From Octopus vulgaris (taxonomy: Eukaryota): DNA of 64,000 bases. Each line of letters begins with the position of its first letter. Position 1 is the stretch's first letter. Positions 1-13,734 of this stretch are shown here, one piece after another. Below the pieces are notes generated by a model. That model worked only from the letters and a program-made list of their open reading frames with translations. It searched no databases and was not told the DNA's origin. The stretch is taken from assembly GCA_951406725.2 (NCBI GenBank), contig OX597816.1, positions 93,930,001-93,994,000 of the forward strand. The letters are read 5' to 3'. Position numbers and translations under genes: made by a program.

Positions 1-368
1 TGGGCGAAATACTTTGCGGTATTTCGTCTGCCGCTACGTTCTGAGTTCAAATTCCGCCGAGGTCGACTTTGTCTTTCATCCTTTCGGGGTCGATTAAATA
101 AGTACCAATTACGCACTGGTTTCGATATAATCGACTTAATCCTTTTATCTGTCCTTGTTTGTCCCCTCTATGTTTAGTCCTTTGTGGGTAGTAAAGAAAT
201 AGTTATTTCGTCTGTCTTTACGTTCTGAGTTCAAATTCCACCGAGGTCGACTTTGCCTTTCATCCTTTCAAGGTCGATAAATTAAGCACCAGTTGCGTAC
301 TGAGGTCGATCTAATCGACTGGCCTCCTCTCCCAGAATTTCGGGCCTTGTGCCTAGAGTAGAAAAGAA
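1..368 (+). mobile_element. tRNA-derived SINE family A, heterodimeric copy (5' end cut by window edge)
   Basis: B-box-like GAGTTCAAATTCC followed by core GTCGACTTTGCCTTTCATCCTTTCGGGGTCGATAAATTAAGTACCAG occurs twice, with two different 3' tails (...GTGGGTAGTAAAGAAATA and ...GGCCTTGTGCCTAGAGTAGAAAAG). The core resembles the Meta/Sauria-SINE-type conserved domain (from recall). Confidence 0.85.
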
Positions 369-376
369 CATTCGTC

Positions 377-772
377 GGCGAGCTGACAGAAACGTTAGCA
401 CGCCGGGCGAAACGCGTAGCTGTATTTCGCCTGCTGTTACGTTCTCAGTTCAAATTTCACCGAGGTCGACTTTGCCTTTCATCCTTTCGGGGTCGATAAA
501 TTAAGTACCAGTTACGTACTGAGGTTCGATGTAATTGGCTTAATCCCTTTGTCTGTCCTTCTTTGTCCCCTCTGTGTTTAGCCCCTTGTAGGTAGTAAAG
601 AAATAGGTATTTCGTCTATCTTTACGTTATGAGTTCAAATTCTGCCGATGTCGACTTTGCATTTTATCCTTTCGGAGTCGATAAATTAAGTACCAGTTGT
701 GTACTGAGGTCGATCTAATCGACTGGTCCCCTCCCCAAAACCTTCGGGCCTTGTGCCTAGAGTAGAAAAGAA
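377..772 (+). mobile_element. SINE family A, full heterodimer
   Basis: Head GGCGAGCTGACAGAAACGTTAGCACGCCGGGCG, then the same core/tail1/core/tail2 layout as 1-368. Confidence 0.85.
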
Positions 773-1344
773 TATACACAGATTTAGATACCTACTAACA
801 CAATATGTGTTGAGTGATTAATAATTCGTCTCTACATCTACCTCTGTGTGTACATAAATGCACTTACATATAAAAGACCAATGAAACAGAGAGACAGTTT
901 CTGTAGATGGTTATCACTGATTAAACTTCGTTTCAGTAAGTTACTAATAATTATTATTTCACCTCTACGAAGTTAAATCCAAGTTAACACCGCTAGATTT
1001 TGAACGCAGATAGTACACTTCAGAAAACCAAGCACTGCAAGATAACTAGTTTCGCTTATCAAATTACATCGCTGAAAATAATATCTCACATTTTGCAAGA
1101 TTAAAATCTGTAATAGGGCAGGAATCATGAAAGACATTTCATTGTTTGTTTTGACAAAAGTAAAGCTAATTTTACGCTTAAGTCTTTCATTCGTCTGGAT
1201 TACATGAACTTGTCATTCTGTAATTGCAAATTTTTTCATCATATTTATTCTACAAATACATTCTAAACACATACCCACCCACCCACATACACAATGGAAT
1301 AAAATCTCATGGGCTTTGTTAAATCATTCTTAATATCTATCTTC

Positions 1345-1545
1345 AGGCGTCGAGCTGGCAGAAGAATCCTTAGCCTGCCGAGCAAAATGCTGAGTGGCAT
1401 TTCATCCGTCCAGGGTTCAAATGCCACCGGAGTCGACTCTTTCTTCCAGTCGAAGTTGATAAAATAAGCACTAGTTGAGCAATGAAGTCAACTGGTCGAC
1501 TTAGCCCCTCCCCCGAAATTGTTGACTTTGTGCCATAATTTTAAA
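1345..1545 (+). mobile_element. Diverged SINE family A copy
   Basis: GAGCTGGCAGAAG head, GGGTTCAAATGCC B-box and a degenerate core and tail. Confidence 0.65.
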
Positions 1546-2319
1546 TCTCTCTCTCTCTCTATGATGTGTGATGTGTGTACATATGTACGTACAGTGATAT
1601 GGATGTTGAATATAGATAAGACAGCAAGTTGCTGGGTTAAAAGTGTTAAAATTTGAAGTTTCACCTCAATTTTAAGATCATTATGGCTAAGTTAAAAAGA
1701 AATTCGCAAACGATAGAAATGCTTTTATATTTTATTCAAAGTTCTAGGGAAAATATTAGACTAAGTACAACTTTTATCAAGTGACCAATAATTCTTTAAC
1801 GATGCTGGTATATCGCTGATAAAATAGACCAAATATATTACTGAAACTTATTTGACACTAGAAAAATGAAAGGGATAATCCACCCAAGTGAAGGTGAACT
1901 GAAGCAGTAAGAGACTGGAATGTTAGTATGTTTTTGTGCTAACTAATCAAAATATTTCTTATCTTGGCGCTTGACGCAAGTTTATAGAAAAGATAAATGA
2001 GACCGAATCGTTTATGTGTGAATGATGATATTTAATTTCTATTAATTGAAATCTAATTAGTATGTAAGTATAAATGTTCATTTAAAAATTGCTTAAGTAT
2101 TACTTAAGCATGAGCCGCGGGCGGTCATCAGCATTTTACAGTCTTACTTTCAACTGCTTATGTTCTGTATGTTCTGCTTTTAAGTCCCATCGAGGTCAAC
2201 TTTGCGTTTTATCCCTTCGGCGTCGATAAAATGCGATAACAGTCAAGTACTGGAAGTGATTATATCGACTAACCTACTTCCTGAAAAATTGCTTGCTTTA
2301 TGCCTTAATTAGAAACATT

Positions 2320-3030
2320 TAAGTCTGGTGAGGTGTGAAGATATAAAAAAAAAAAGCAATAATATAGCTTCTCAGGAACAAATCATTAAGACGAATTTGA
2401 AGACAAAGTTTGCTAAAATTCAATGAGAGAGCAAACGCAGAATCTGTGGAAAAGGAACCGAAAGTATTAACCAAGTGAATGCAGTAAGCTAGCACAAAAA
2501 GAGTGTAAGAGTAATTATCAGTAAAATAGTGCACTGGGACGTTAGCCGTGTGTGTAGCAGAAAAGTAATATGAACACGAGACAGAGGTTGTTGTGAAGAC
2601 TAATAAATACAATTTAAGTAAGGCAAATAGATATGACAGTAAAAGACAAAAGAAACAAACAGTATCAGATCATAGATTTTACAATACCATGTGATAATGG
2701 AGTGAATACCAAAGAACCTGAGAAAATTGAGAAATAACAGAACATGACACAGCAGTGAAAATATTATGTATGCCTATAGTGACAGTTACTCCTATGGTAA
2801 TCTGTGCACTTTAGCACAACACCCAAAACTGCTACTTAAGAACATAAAGTATATTGGAACTGAGACTCGCAATGTCGATCTACAGAAGAGTGAAAACATC
2901 TATTTAGCAAGAATCGAAGAAAAATATCTTAAAATTTGAGGTGACTTATCACAATACTGCACAACAACCCTGCTAACTAAAGTAGCAGATTATAGCTTTA
3001 ATGATAGTAGTAGTAGTAGTAGTAGTAGTC
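2320..3030 (+). mobile_element. Degenerate 3' fragment of an R4/Dong-type (RLE) non-LTR retrotransposon
   Basis: Frameshifted translation gives ASQEQIIKTN..SKRRICGKGTESIN..ECSKLAQKECK (zinc knuckle) and KEPEKIEK..VTPMVICAL..DLQKS, matching the element at 35230-36920. It ends in a (TAG)n tail at ~3005-3029. Confidence 0.7.
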
Positions 3031-3426
3031 AATAACAGTTAAAAATTTCAAATGTCAGTGAAGTCGAGGTGCTACAAATTTAGTAAACTATATGGAGAAT
3101 TACGAATGCATGAACTCATGCAGACCGCGATATATGAATAAATATACAAATATACAACGATATAATTCAGTACAATATCAATTAAGTTTTGGAAGTGTAA
3201 AGCCATTGTCACATAATAATTTTTAATTTATGTGCTATTCTCATCTTGACAAAAATAATAGAAATATGTTGAACTTTAAGCAAGTATAGAATCATGTAGT
3301 GACATGGAGGCTTGTCGAACAAGTCTACAAAATCTGGAGTGTATGGGTTATAAATGTAGGATGTAGGATGTAGCAAGCGGTGATGCATTCCTGAATCTAC
3401 ATTTCAGCTGTATATACACAGAGTAT

Positions 3427-3818
3427 GTGGAGGCGCAATGGCCCAGTGGTTAGGGCAGCGAACTCGCGGTCGTAGGATTGCGGTTTCGATTCCCAGACCG
3501 GGCGTTGTGAGTGTTTATTGAGCGAAAACACCTAAAGCTCCACGAAGCTCCGGCGGAGATGGTGGTGATTCCTGCTGTACTCTTTCACCACAACTTTCTC
3601 TCACTCTTACTTCCTGTTTCTGTTGTACCTGTATTTCAAAGGGCCGGCCTTGTCACTCTCTGTGTCACGCTGAATATCCCCGAGAACTACGTTAAGGGTA
3701 CACGTGTCTGTGGAGTGCTCAGCCACTTACACGTTAATTTCACGAGCAGGCTGTTCCGTTGATCGGATCAACCGGAACCCTCGTCGTCGAAATCGACGGA
3801 GTGCTTCCACACACACAC
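3427..3818 (+). mobile_element. Full-length tRNA-derived SINE (family C) with target-site duplication
   Basis: A-box TGGCCCAGTGG, B-box GGTTTCGATTCC and (CA)n tail; flanked by the direct repeat ACACAGAGTAT at 3416-3426 and 3819-3829. Confidence 0.85.
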
Positions 3819-4241
3819 ACACAGAGTATACTCGCGTTAGAGAAGAACTGTGTCCTGAAAATTCAACATAATGCGGAGACACGTAATCTGAACTTGTACT
3901 TTAATGTTTTCAATCGGCAGAAAGTTTAAAAAATTGACTCAAAGGCTGAGAGTACCATTCAAAGTACTCAATATCCGAAAGTTTATTTCCTGTATTGTAT
4001 AAATTGCAATTCTTTCTGGAATGTTTAATCATAAAACTTTATATTGAATTGCTGTGTGAAAATAGGAAATTTCAAATAATCTACCCGCTAAACAGAGAAG
4101 TGGATTGGTATAAAATGATATGGAAAACTGAAATCTAGGATTTTAAGTCAGTTAAATTAATGCCACGCATGAAACTCGACCTTGAATAACGTTTGTAAAT
4201 TTCTGCACGTTAAAAATAAATATAATTTATGTTATATATAT

Positions 4242-4570
4242 ATGGCTCAGTGGTTAGGGCGTCGGGATCACAATCATGAGGTAGTGATTTCGATTCCAGG
4301 ACCATATTATGTGTTGTATTCTTGGGCACGACACTTCATTTCATTTTGCTCCAATTCACTCAGCTGTTGAAATGAGTTGCGACGTCACTGATGCCAAGCT
4401 GTATCGGCCTTTGCCTTTCCCTTGGATAACATCAGTAGCGTGGAGAGGGGAAACTAGTATGCATGGGCGACTGCTGGTCGTCCATAAACTACCTTGTCCG
4501 GATTTGTACCTCGGAGGGGAACCTTCATGGTACAATCCCACGGTCATTCATGACCGAAGGGTGTTTTTAG
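4242..4570 (+). mobile_element. tRNA-derived SINE with CORE-like domain (family D)
   Basis: A-box TGGCTCAGTGG, B-box TTCGATTCC and CORE-like TTCTTGGGCACGACACTT, followed by (TA)n/(CA)n. Confidence 0.75.
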
Positions 4571-4575
4571 TCTTA

Positions 4576-4621
<46 letters not shown>

Positions 4622-5298
4622 TAAACACACATATGCATGGATATGTAAGTACGTATATTTTTATATAAATGAACAGAGTTAAAAATAGAGGAGGGAGAAA
4701 AGAGAGGCAAAGAGAGTGAGTGAAAGAAAGAAAGAGTAAAAAGACAGCTCTCTATGAATGAGACGTTTATTTTCAAAACAGTTGTTTGTTGGTTGTTTTT
4801 GAAGAAATATTGTACTTAGTAATTAGACAGATATTCAGCAAGTGTGTTGGAAATTAGGAATTGTTACTCGAATAAGCGCGTCTACATGACGTGTTGTTCG
4901 AAGACGGTGTAAAATTCATCAGTTACCTGTCAGGTCGGCGCCTGGTCACCTAAACTTCTCTCGACAAATTAACCAACTGGTTAGGGGACCGTCAGCAAAG
5001 TTTTGTTATACCATACAGTACCATATCAATTACAAGATGCGAACCTGTAAATCATGAACAAGATTCGACCATATTATCTATTGTGCCATCACAAAGTTCA
5101 AATGCAGCATTACTACCAGGTAGGAACACATACTAAAATAACACACACACACACACACACATCTGTGTCTGTGTGTGTGCACGTTAGTTGCGAAATTGAT
5201 ATTGACTCCCTGGCCCGATAACTAATGAGGAGTCGGCGTCCATCTATGTCTGTTTCTCGTTTGTTTGTGCATTTCTTAGGCTTTTTAAACTTATTATA

Positions 5299-5342
<44 letters not shown>

Positions 5343-5444
5343 CATGTATGCATGTATGTATGTATATATATATATGTATGTATGTATATATATATGTATG
5401 TATAGAAGAAAAAGGAATAAGCGATTATCTTATGAAATTTATTT

Positions 5445-5532
5445 GCTTACAGCTGTTACAGGTGTTTCCGCTATAAGTTGCAGTGGTCTCATAGTTGTGT
5501 GCCTGAACAACACCTTATAGTTTCATCGGAGC
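5445..5532 (-). ncRNA. Degenerate hammerhead-ribozyme-like motif with extended stem II
   Basis: Minus strand reads GCT-CCGATGA-AA-CTATAAG...CTTATAG-CG-GAAAC-ACCTGTAACAGCTGTA-AGC. There is a U4C core change and a short duplication in stem III. Confidence 0.45.
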
Positions 5533-5587
5533 CTCAGGCATGAAGTGATCGCAATGCCTAAGCGAAATATATATGTATATATCGACG

Positions 5588-5745
5588 CATGCCTGGCTCA
5601 ATGCCAAGAAGTTTGCTTCCCAACTACATGGTTCCGAGTTCAGTCCCACCGCGTGGCACCTCGAGCAAGTTTCTTCTAATATAGCCTCTTCAGGCCGACC
5701 AAAGCCTTGTGAGTGGATTTGGTAAGCTAAAACTATAAGACGCCT

Positions 5746-5750
<5 letters not shown>
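5588..5750 (+). mobile_element. SINE family B 5' half
   Basis: GGTTCCGAGTTCAGTCCCACCGCGTGGCACCTCGAGCAAG...GACCAAAGCCTTGTGAGTGGATTTGG, running into (TG)n. Confidence 0.75.
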
Positions 5751-5823
<73 letters not shown>

Positions 5824-6054
5824 GAAGTATGTGCATTTCTGCGTGGTGTGTGTCTATGTGTGACTGGTGGTAAGGTTGTGGGTTCGAAACGAGCAGCATG
5901 TTTTGTCTTGAGCAAGGTACTTCTTTTCACGCTGCTCCGGTCTAATCAGCCGTAATTGAACATTAACCGTCTGTCAGTATTGCCGCCTCTCTCTTTCCCT
6001 TCATATGTCACAACATACGAAGACAAGTCCTACTCGCTTGCTGGTGGTCTCTAT

Positions 6055-6091
<37 letters not shown>

Positions 6092-6780
6092 TATGAGCGT
6101 TTATGTAGATATACATATATTTATGTGTGTATTTATGCGTCTATATTTGAGTATGTTATGTATCTGTATCGTACATACTTGTATCATCAATACATCCATC
6201 CATCCGTCCATACATACATACATACATACATACATACATACATACATACATACATACATACAGATATATATGCATACATACATACATTCATGCATACATA
6301 CATACGTACGTACATACATACATTCATGCATACATACATACATGCATACATACATACATACACACACACATACATACATACATACATACATACATACATA
6401 CATACATACATACATACATACATACATACATACATACATACATACATACATACATACATGCAGACAGACAGACATATATACATACATATGTGTGTGTGTT
6501 TGTATGTGTGTGTGTGTTTTGCAACTATGTACTATATTTGTATGTGTGGACGTGTGTCTCCTTATGTGTCCTTGTGAGAAGTAAAGTGTGTGTGTATATA
6601 TGGTCATGTGTTTCAGTTTTCATTTGTGTATGTGTGCGTATGTGTGCTTGTCTTTTCATATAACCTATGTACCTATGTGTCTGTATGTTGATCTGTTTAC
6701 TTTCATATCCATATGCTTATATACATGTGAATATACATATATATATACACTCACACACACACACATACATACATCTATCT
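6055..6780. repeat. Compound microsatellite (CA)n/(TACA)n/(TG)n
   Basis: Long (TACA)n arrays and degenerate TG/TA repeats; these explain the overlapping HTYI/MYVC ORFs. Confidence 0.95.
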
Positions 6781-6834
6781 ACATAATAGCCCACTAACTA
6801 TACTCTACCTGTGTAAACTGGACTTGGGGCTATG

Positions 6835-8345
6835 ATATCTATTATATATATTTCCTATTTAGTATTGGGGAAGTTTCATTTATGAGGACGTGCTCCTGTA
6901 TTTGTCCGAGTGTTGGGCCCTTTGGGTTCTTGGATAAGATGCGGATGTCAAGTTGACCCAGGTTGCCTCCATGTTGGTCCTTGGCATGTTGGTAGAGTAT
7001 GGAGGACTGATTTTTTTGTCGTCATATTGTCTCAAATGTTCATTTCGTCGTTCCACAATTCTCCTAGATGTCTCCCCTATATATGTCATATTCATGTCTT
7101 TACAAGCACCTTCTATGCATCTTATGCTGTAAACTACATTTCTAGTTCTACAGTTAATGCCAAGGCTAATCCTACAAACCACGCAGTTATCGTTGGTGCA
7201 TATGGTATTCTCAAAGCTTTTCTAAGTCTATGGTGTTCTTCAGAGCTTTTCTAAATCTACGGGCTAGTTATCCATGGGCTGTAGCCTCTTCAAACATCAC
7301 TCCTTGATATTTGTCAGTTTTATACCACGTGTTCGCCCTGTTTGCTTTATCACAAGTTCTTTGTATCCTATTCCAGTTTTTCTTTCTATATCCAGGGTAG
7401 GTACCACTGGTATCATTACGTATAGCGTTATCTAATTTCTTTCTAGCACCCCTATATACTCGAACCCTATCTTTCTGATCACATCCAGAGAATTGCATGC
7501 GGTGCATGAAGTTGTGTATATGTTTTTTCGTTTCATAGGGTTCGCATAGTGGGGACACGTTGTTCATTATCCTAAATAAGTCTGCCATCGGAATGTTAAT
7601 TTTTATGTTGTGTGACAAAGCTGAGTTCTTGTGAACAACATATTTTGAAGCTATGGGTTTCATGTTATAGGAGTGGAGGAGCTGCACTCCATTATTCACA
7701 GACTCTAACTAAAGTTCAGTATCAAAGAGTCTATTGTTGGGGTGCCTAGTGGGTAAGCTATAGTTACCTTGATACTTTGGTGGATGGAGTTAGCTACTTG
7801 CTGGATGCTCTCCATTACGTTCTTCTCAGTTTCTGCACTACCTATTTTTTTATTACCCACAAGGGGCTAAACATAGAAGGGACAAAGACAGACATAGGTA
7901 TTAAGTCGATTACATCGACCCCAGTGCGTAACTGGTAATTAACTTATCGACCCCGAAAGGATGAAAGGCAAAGTCAACCTCGGCGGAATTTGAATACCGT
8001 TACTGGAGTTGGTCTTAACTATGATATTAATGTCATCTACAAAACTACTGTAGAGTAGAAGGGTTGTGGACTGTTCTGCCAACATTTGCTTAAGTTTTCT
8101 GTCCCACAAGGTCATGAAGGGGCCGGTCACATTTCCAGCTACACCGACACCGATGGCTGCACCTTGAACCTGCATGTATAGTTTTTGCTAAACTTTACTA
8201 TGTAGTTCTTCAAGGTGTTTTTTTACTTGCATGTGCAATCATTTCTTTCACCCGATTGTTGTTCTCAGGGTTTTGAGTGGGTGCGGTCCAGCCTCTCCAG
8301 CTCTCTGCGGGGCTTTTCTTCACTGCTGAAGTGATGATGGGTGGT
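6835..8345 (-). mobile_element. Degenerate Penelope-like retroelement (RT + C-terminal GIY-YIG), interrupted by a SINE
   Basis: ORF 7939-8175 has RT motifs QVQGAAIG and FVDDINI. ORF 7268-7699 has the PLE thumb region (HSYNMKPIASKYVVHKNSALS...MQFSG). ORF 6880-7182 has the GIY-YIG NVVYSIRC...YIGETSRRIVERRNEH. The pieces are separated by frameshifts and stops. Confidence 0.9.
7843..7994 (-). mobile_element. 5'-truncated SINE family A inserted in the Penelope-like RT
   Basis: Reverse complement of the family A core plus tail1 splits the RT-coding sequence. Confidence 0.85.
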
Positions 8346-8364
8346 CTTCCTCTCTGTTGTTTTC

Positions 8365-8720
<356 letters not shown>

Positions 8721-9191
8721 ATTATGCCATCGTAACCAATGGTGATTGTGGTGATTATGTGATTTTATTGTTTATCCCTTTCAAATCGTAGTTCCCACAC
8801 AATTTTTGTAACTTCTGATGCACCAGTTTTGTTTGTGTGCTTTATTTTGTTTTCTTGTCATCCTTTGCTGCCTCTCCCCACTTTTTTTTTAAATAATTTC
8901 GAGGCGTGTTTGTTTACGTTACTGCAACTAGCGCAGTAACGATCATCTCTTCCTTACAATTGTCAGGCTGCCATCTTGCTGCATGTGTAAATACTACAAG
9001 TAGCTATTTGTCAAAAATGTATAAACAGCTTAAAATCTCAAAAGACAACCCTTTCGTTCACCACACAGGAAAGGGTCAGATGTTTAAATGCTCCGAGAAT
9101 TTTGATGGCATAAAGGACAAAAGAGAAAAAAACCCTCATTTTCCAAAAGATTCAATTTAGTAGGGATATTGTTGATTATATCGAGACCAAA

Positions 9192-9192
9192 T

Positions 9193-9226
<34 letters not shown>

Positions 9227-9448
9227 CATACATACATACATACATACATACATACATACATACATACATACATACATACATACATACATACATGCATACA
9301 TATATATATAGATACATGCATACATGCATACATATATACATACATATATATGTATATGCATATATATATAATGTATATATACAAATACATATACATTTGT
9401 GTGTATGCGTGTTTATATACATACACACCAATATAATGTATAGTTTGG

Positions 9449-9526
<78 letters not shown>

Positions 9527-9555
9527 TTGACAGGATAGATATTGATAGATAGATG
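9192..9555. repeat. Compound (GATA)n/(TACA)n/(TA)n microsatellite
   Basis: Direct reading. Confidence 0.95.
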
Positions 9556-10264
9556 TTGACAGGAACTTCAAATTCAGCCAAACGACTAAATCAACTGGCT
9601 TTTAAAATCTGTTAGACGAAATTCGAAGTCGCAATATATATCACAATGGTTTTCCGGTTTACAAGGCACTCTGCTTTTCTACACTTTATCACAAAGTCCA
9701 CCAAGTTCGAATTTGCCTTTCATTCTCTCAGAGTCAATAAAATAAGTACCAGTCAAGCACTGGAGTCGATGCTATTAATTAGCTCTCTCCCACAAAATCT
9801 CAGTCATTGTACTTTTCTAAAAAGGATTAACTTCACATTTATCTTTACGAAATGCTACTACGTCATTTCGTAGTTTCTTCTCGAATTTCATTTTACTTTT
9901 ATTTTACTTCTACGTGGATGAGATTGACCTCATGTTAAAGTAGCACCTATATTAGTTTTATTTTTTTAATTATACTTTGTCATATCCTTCTGAGATTGAA
10001 TAATAGAAATTCAAGTGTCAAAGCAAACTAGTTTTTTTTTCTAAAAATGAAAATGAAAATGCTTAATCATCTGCAAATTGATGGAGACTGAGAAAAAAGC
10101 ATTTAAAGTAAACCAACCAACAGTTAGAACGGTGAAAACAAACGAAGAAAGGCCAGGTATAAATGCAAAAATCTTCAATAACGTCAAAACAGACATTCAT
10201 AATAAACAATAATTTAGAATCAATAGAAAAGCTCTATTGACTAGCAGATAAAATCAAAAAGGAT

Positions 10265-10640
10265 TGCCCATGTTTTTATATTTCATTATTTCAGTCATTA
10301 GAGTGCGGATATGCTGGGGCACTGCCTTGAAGAGTTTATTCGAAGGAATCAACACCAGTACTAATTTTTTTTTAATGTTTTTAAGCCTGGTGCTTATTTT
10401 ATTGGTCTCTTTTGCTGCTAAATTACGGAAACGTAAACAAACCAACACCGGTCATCAAATGATATAGGGAAACAAATAGAAGCACAAACACACACACATT
10501 TATTTATTTATATACGACGGGCTTCTTTCAGTTTCTGTCTATCAAATCCACACACAAGGCTTTCGTCCCACGCAATGGGACTGAACCCGGAACCATGTGT
10601 TTGGGAAGCAAACTTCTTACGACTCAGTCATGCCTGCGCC
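10265..10640 (-). mobile_element. SINE family B, diverged with an internal deletion
   Basis: TTTCAGTCATT tail, CGACGGGCTTCTTTCAGTTTC body and GGGACTGAACCCGGAACCATG head in reverse orientation. Confidence 0.75.
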
Positions 10641-10949
10641 TAAGAGAACTCCTACTAAATCGACAATTCAACATAACAAAGCAAACATTTAGCTCATCGG
10701 GATTTTCGGATGGAAATAGCTGGTTTAAAAAATATTTTTTAAATTGCATGGGAAAATTGAATAAACTTTTAAGAGAACTACTGAAAGATTTATGTTGCAA
10801 TTGCTTAAAATAATTGAAGAAGGTTCTTATTCTTTAAAACAAATATTTATTGCTGATGTAAACGTGTCATCTGGAAGAAAATGTCAAAGAACAGTAGTGT
10901 ATCCAGGAAAGTAAAATATCACATTTAATTGTTAAGTCAACCTCGTTGG

Positions 10950-11097
10950 AGTTCTGAGTTCAAGTTCCGCCGAGGTTGACTTTGCCTTTCATCTTTCCGG
11001 GGTCGATAAATTAAGTACCAGTGAAACAATGGGGTCGATGTAATCGACTAGTCCTCTCCCCCAAATATTCAGGCCTTGTGCCTTTCATAGAAAGGAT
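10950..11097 (+). mobile_element. SINE family A monomer (core + tail2)
   Basis: GTTCTGAGTTCAAGTTCCGCCGAGGTTGACTTTGCCTTTCATC...GGCCTTGTGCC. Confidence 0.8.
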
Positions 11098-11661
11098 TAT
11101 TATAATACTATAAAGCATTAGATAACTGATTCATAAAGCTCTAATTAATTATTAGGTCTATATGTAAATATAAACGCAAACACAGGTACACACACAGACA
11201 CGGAAACACGTGTACCACCATGCACAGACAGACACACGTACACAAACAGACACACATGCACACGTATTTTTAATCTTAATTTCAATAGCGAATTGTAAAA
11301 ATTTTTTGGCATAAGTTCTAGTAAAATTCGTTCTACATTCTAGCATAAGAACAACAGTTTAAGGGGAGGGGTAAATCGCTTACGTCGACCCCATTGATCA
11401 ACTGGTACTTATTTTATCGACCCAGTAAAGATGAAAGTCAAACTCACTTCGGCGGAATTTGAACGTAAAGACGGACATTAAAATGAACATAGTTTTACAG
11501 TTTTGATTTGTGCGGATAATCTCTGAACAAGTCCCCGTGCAATGCAAAGATCAGTTGTATATTTCTGGCCATTTTATAAAATGACAATAACACCTCAAGT
11601 ATTCCAACGCAAACAGTAAAATTTCTTTCTTGTTTCAGGTTATTATAATAACCTGATCGAA

Positions 11662-11718
<57 letters not shown>

Positions 11719-11729
<11 letters not shown>

Positions 11730-13185
11730 TGAGCACCATTAATCGAAAAGTTAACTTCGTTAATCGTTAATTCGTTAGCGTTAACGTTTATTGAAACAAA
11801 AGCATTACTACAGTTTAATACCCCATCGACTTTGTTGCCTCATAACTTCCAGTAAATTTTGCTTTTTCCCCAGTTCTGTGCTTTCTGGAAGAAAAGCCCC
11901 CACATTATCTCAAAGCTACGAGAATTCTCTAATGTGATTTGTTTGTTTTTTTAAAGCTTTCCTAGAAGAATTACATACAACGGGTTTTGACCGGTTTAAA
12001 TACTAAAGGTTTAAAAAGTGCCGAAACCATATAATCAGCCTTTTGTATGGCCATTTTTCTTTAGAATTAAAAGATACTGATTTTATAGTTTTAAATTTTA
12101 AAGGGGCTAAAAAAGGCTGATTTCATATTCTGGACCCTTTCTTTAGGTTTTTAAAGGCATTTAGAGCCAAAAAAAGTTTTTTTTTAAAAACTCAGATGAA
12201 GCACAATATTAGTATTAAACTAAAAAATGTTTATTGATAAAGTGGCTGTTAAAAAAAAATAAAAATAAAAAATGAAAAACATGATATATACTTAATTTAA
12301 TTTTTCCACTTCTCCTCCTCCATTTTGTTGATGAGATTCATGCCCTTCATGAAAATTAACATACTAAAATGTTCATAAGACAAGGGCGGTCTCTTGACAT
12401 GCAAGATATCCTTGCCCATGGAAAATAAACGTTCAACTGCAGCACTGGAAGGGATGGCTGTGTCGAACTTGATGAACAAGTCCACCAACACTTACTCACT
12501 CAAGAAGGCAGCACCTGTCAGATCTTTGGAGTTGGTCGCCATCCAGGTCTTTACTAAATTCCTGGCCTTGTCCTTTAATGACCTGTGACTTTCGCTCACT
12601 TTTTGTTGGGTGATACCACTGAAGAAGTCATCCTCCATCTCTTCGTTGTTGCTGCCTCCACTGTTGCTGCTCACTTCCTCAGACTGCGCCTCATGGCCTC
12701 CTCAACCTTATCCTCCATGTTTCTCCTCACCTGATGAGATGAAACCTGAGGCGGAATGAAGCAGCCAGGAAGGCCGCAAATCTTTTGTCGATGACTGCCA
12801 AAACTGTGTCGACCAAGGGTCTGCAGTTGACGGCGTCCTTGGATTTGGTTTCAAGGCCCGGGTGGATTTGGTTTCAAATCCAGGCAGGGCCAAACGAGGT
12901 CCTACAAGTTATTTATAATAATAGGTGGCGTTATATCGGGGTTGAAAGAATGACGCGTACACTATTAAATATGCTAAGACAAACTGAAAACAGTAGAAAC
13001 TTTTAAACGTTTACCGGTTTTTATGAAATTTTGGGGTTAACAGACTTGAGTTAGCGGAAGCTAAATGTAACGGAAGTTAATTAGTCCGATAATGATTTTC
13101 AAAGTTAGTTTAAAAGTTAAATCGTTAACGAAAATGTTAACTTCGTTAATTAACGATTAATGGACTTACGGACTTACGCCCAGCT
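11719..13185 (-). mobile_element. Internally deleted hAT DNA transposon with transposase C-terminal remnant
   Basis: ORF 12297-12491 contains the hAT dimerization motif LFIKFDTAIPSSAAVERLFS...KR, preceded by frameshifted ORF 12492-12674. Both ends carry clusters of GTTAA/TTAAC subterminal repeats and imperfect TIRs (GGTGGGGGTGAG..CCATTAATCG vs CGATTAATGG..CTTACGCCCAGCT). Confidence 0.85.
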
Positions 13186-13231
13186 GTGTGTGTGTGTACA
13201 CACACACACACACACACACGCACACACATAT

Positions 13232-13734
<503 letters not shown>

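Noticed and set aside
1590-1960. Possible old Tc1 5' end (TA-CAGTG start, MAKLK-like ORF start)
   Set aside because: Too degenerate; no second TIR or clear transposase motif.
3427-3505. tRNA gene (also heads at 4242, 29228, 38598 and 45397)
   Set aside because: A/B boxes run straight into SINE bodies, there is no complete cloverleaf, and TSDs flank the whole SINE where visible.
6005-6607. Long ORFs of HTYI/MYVC/YI/CV repeats (also at 9.2, 18.2-18.9, 23.2, 45.0, 49-50 and 60.0 kb)
   Set aside because: They are translations of microsatellites that lack stop codons.
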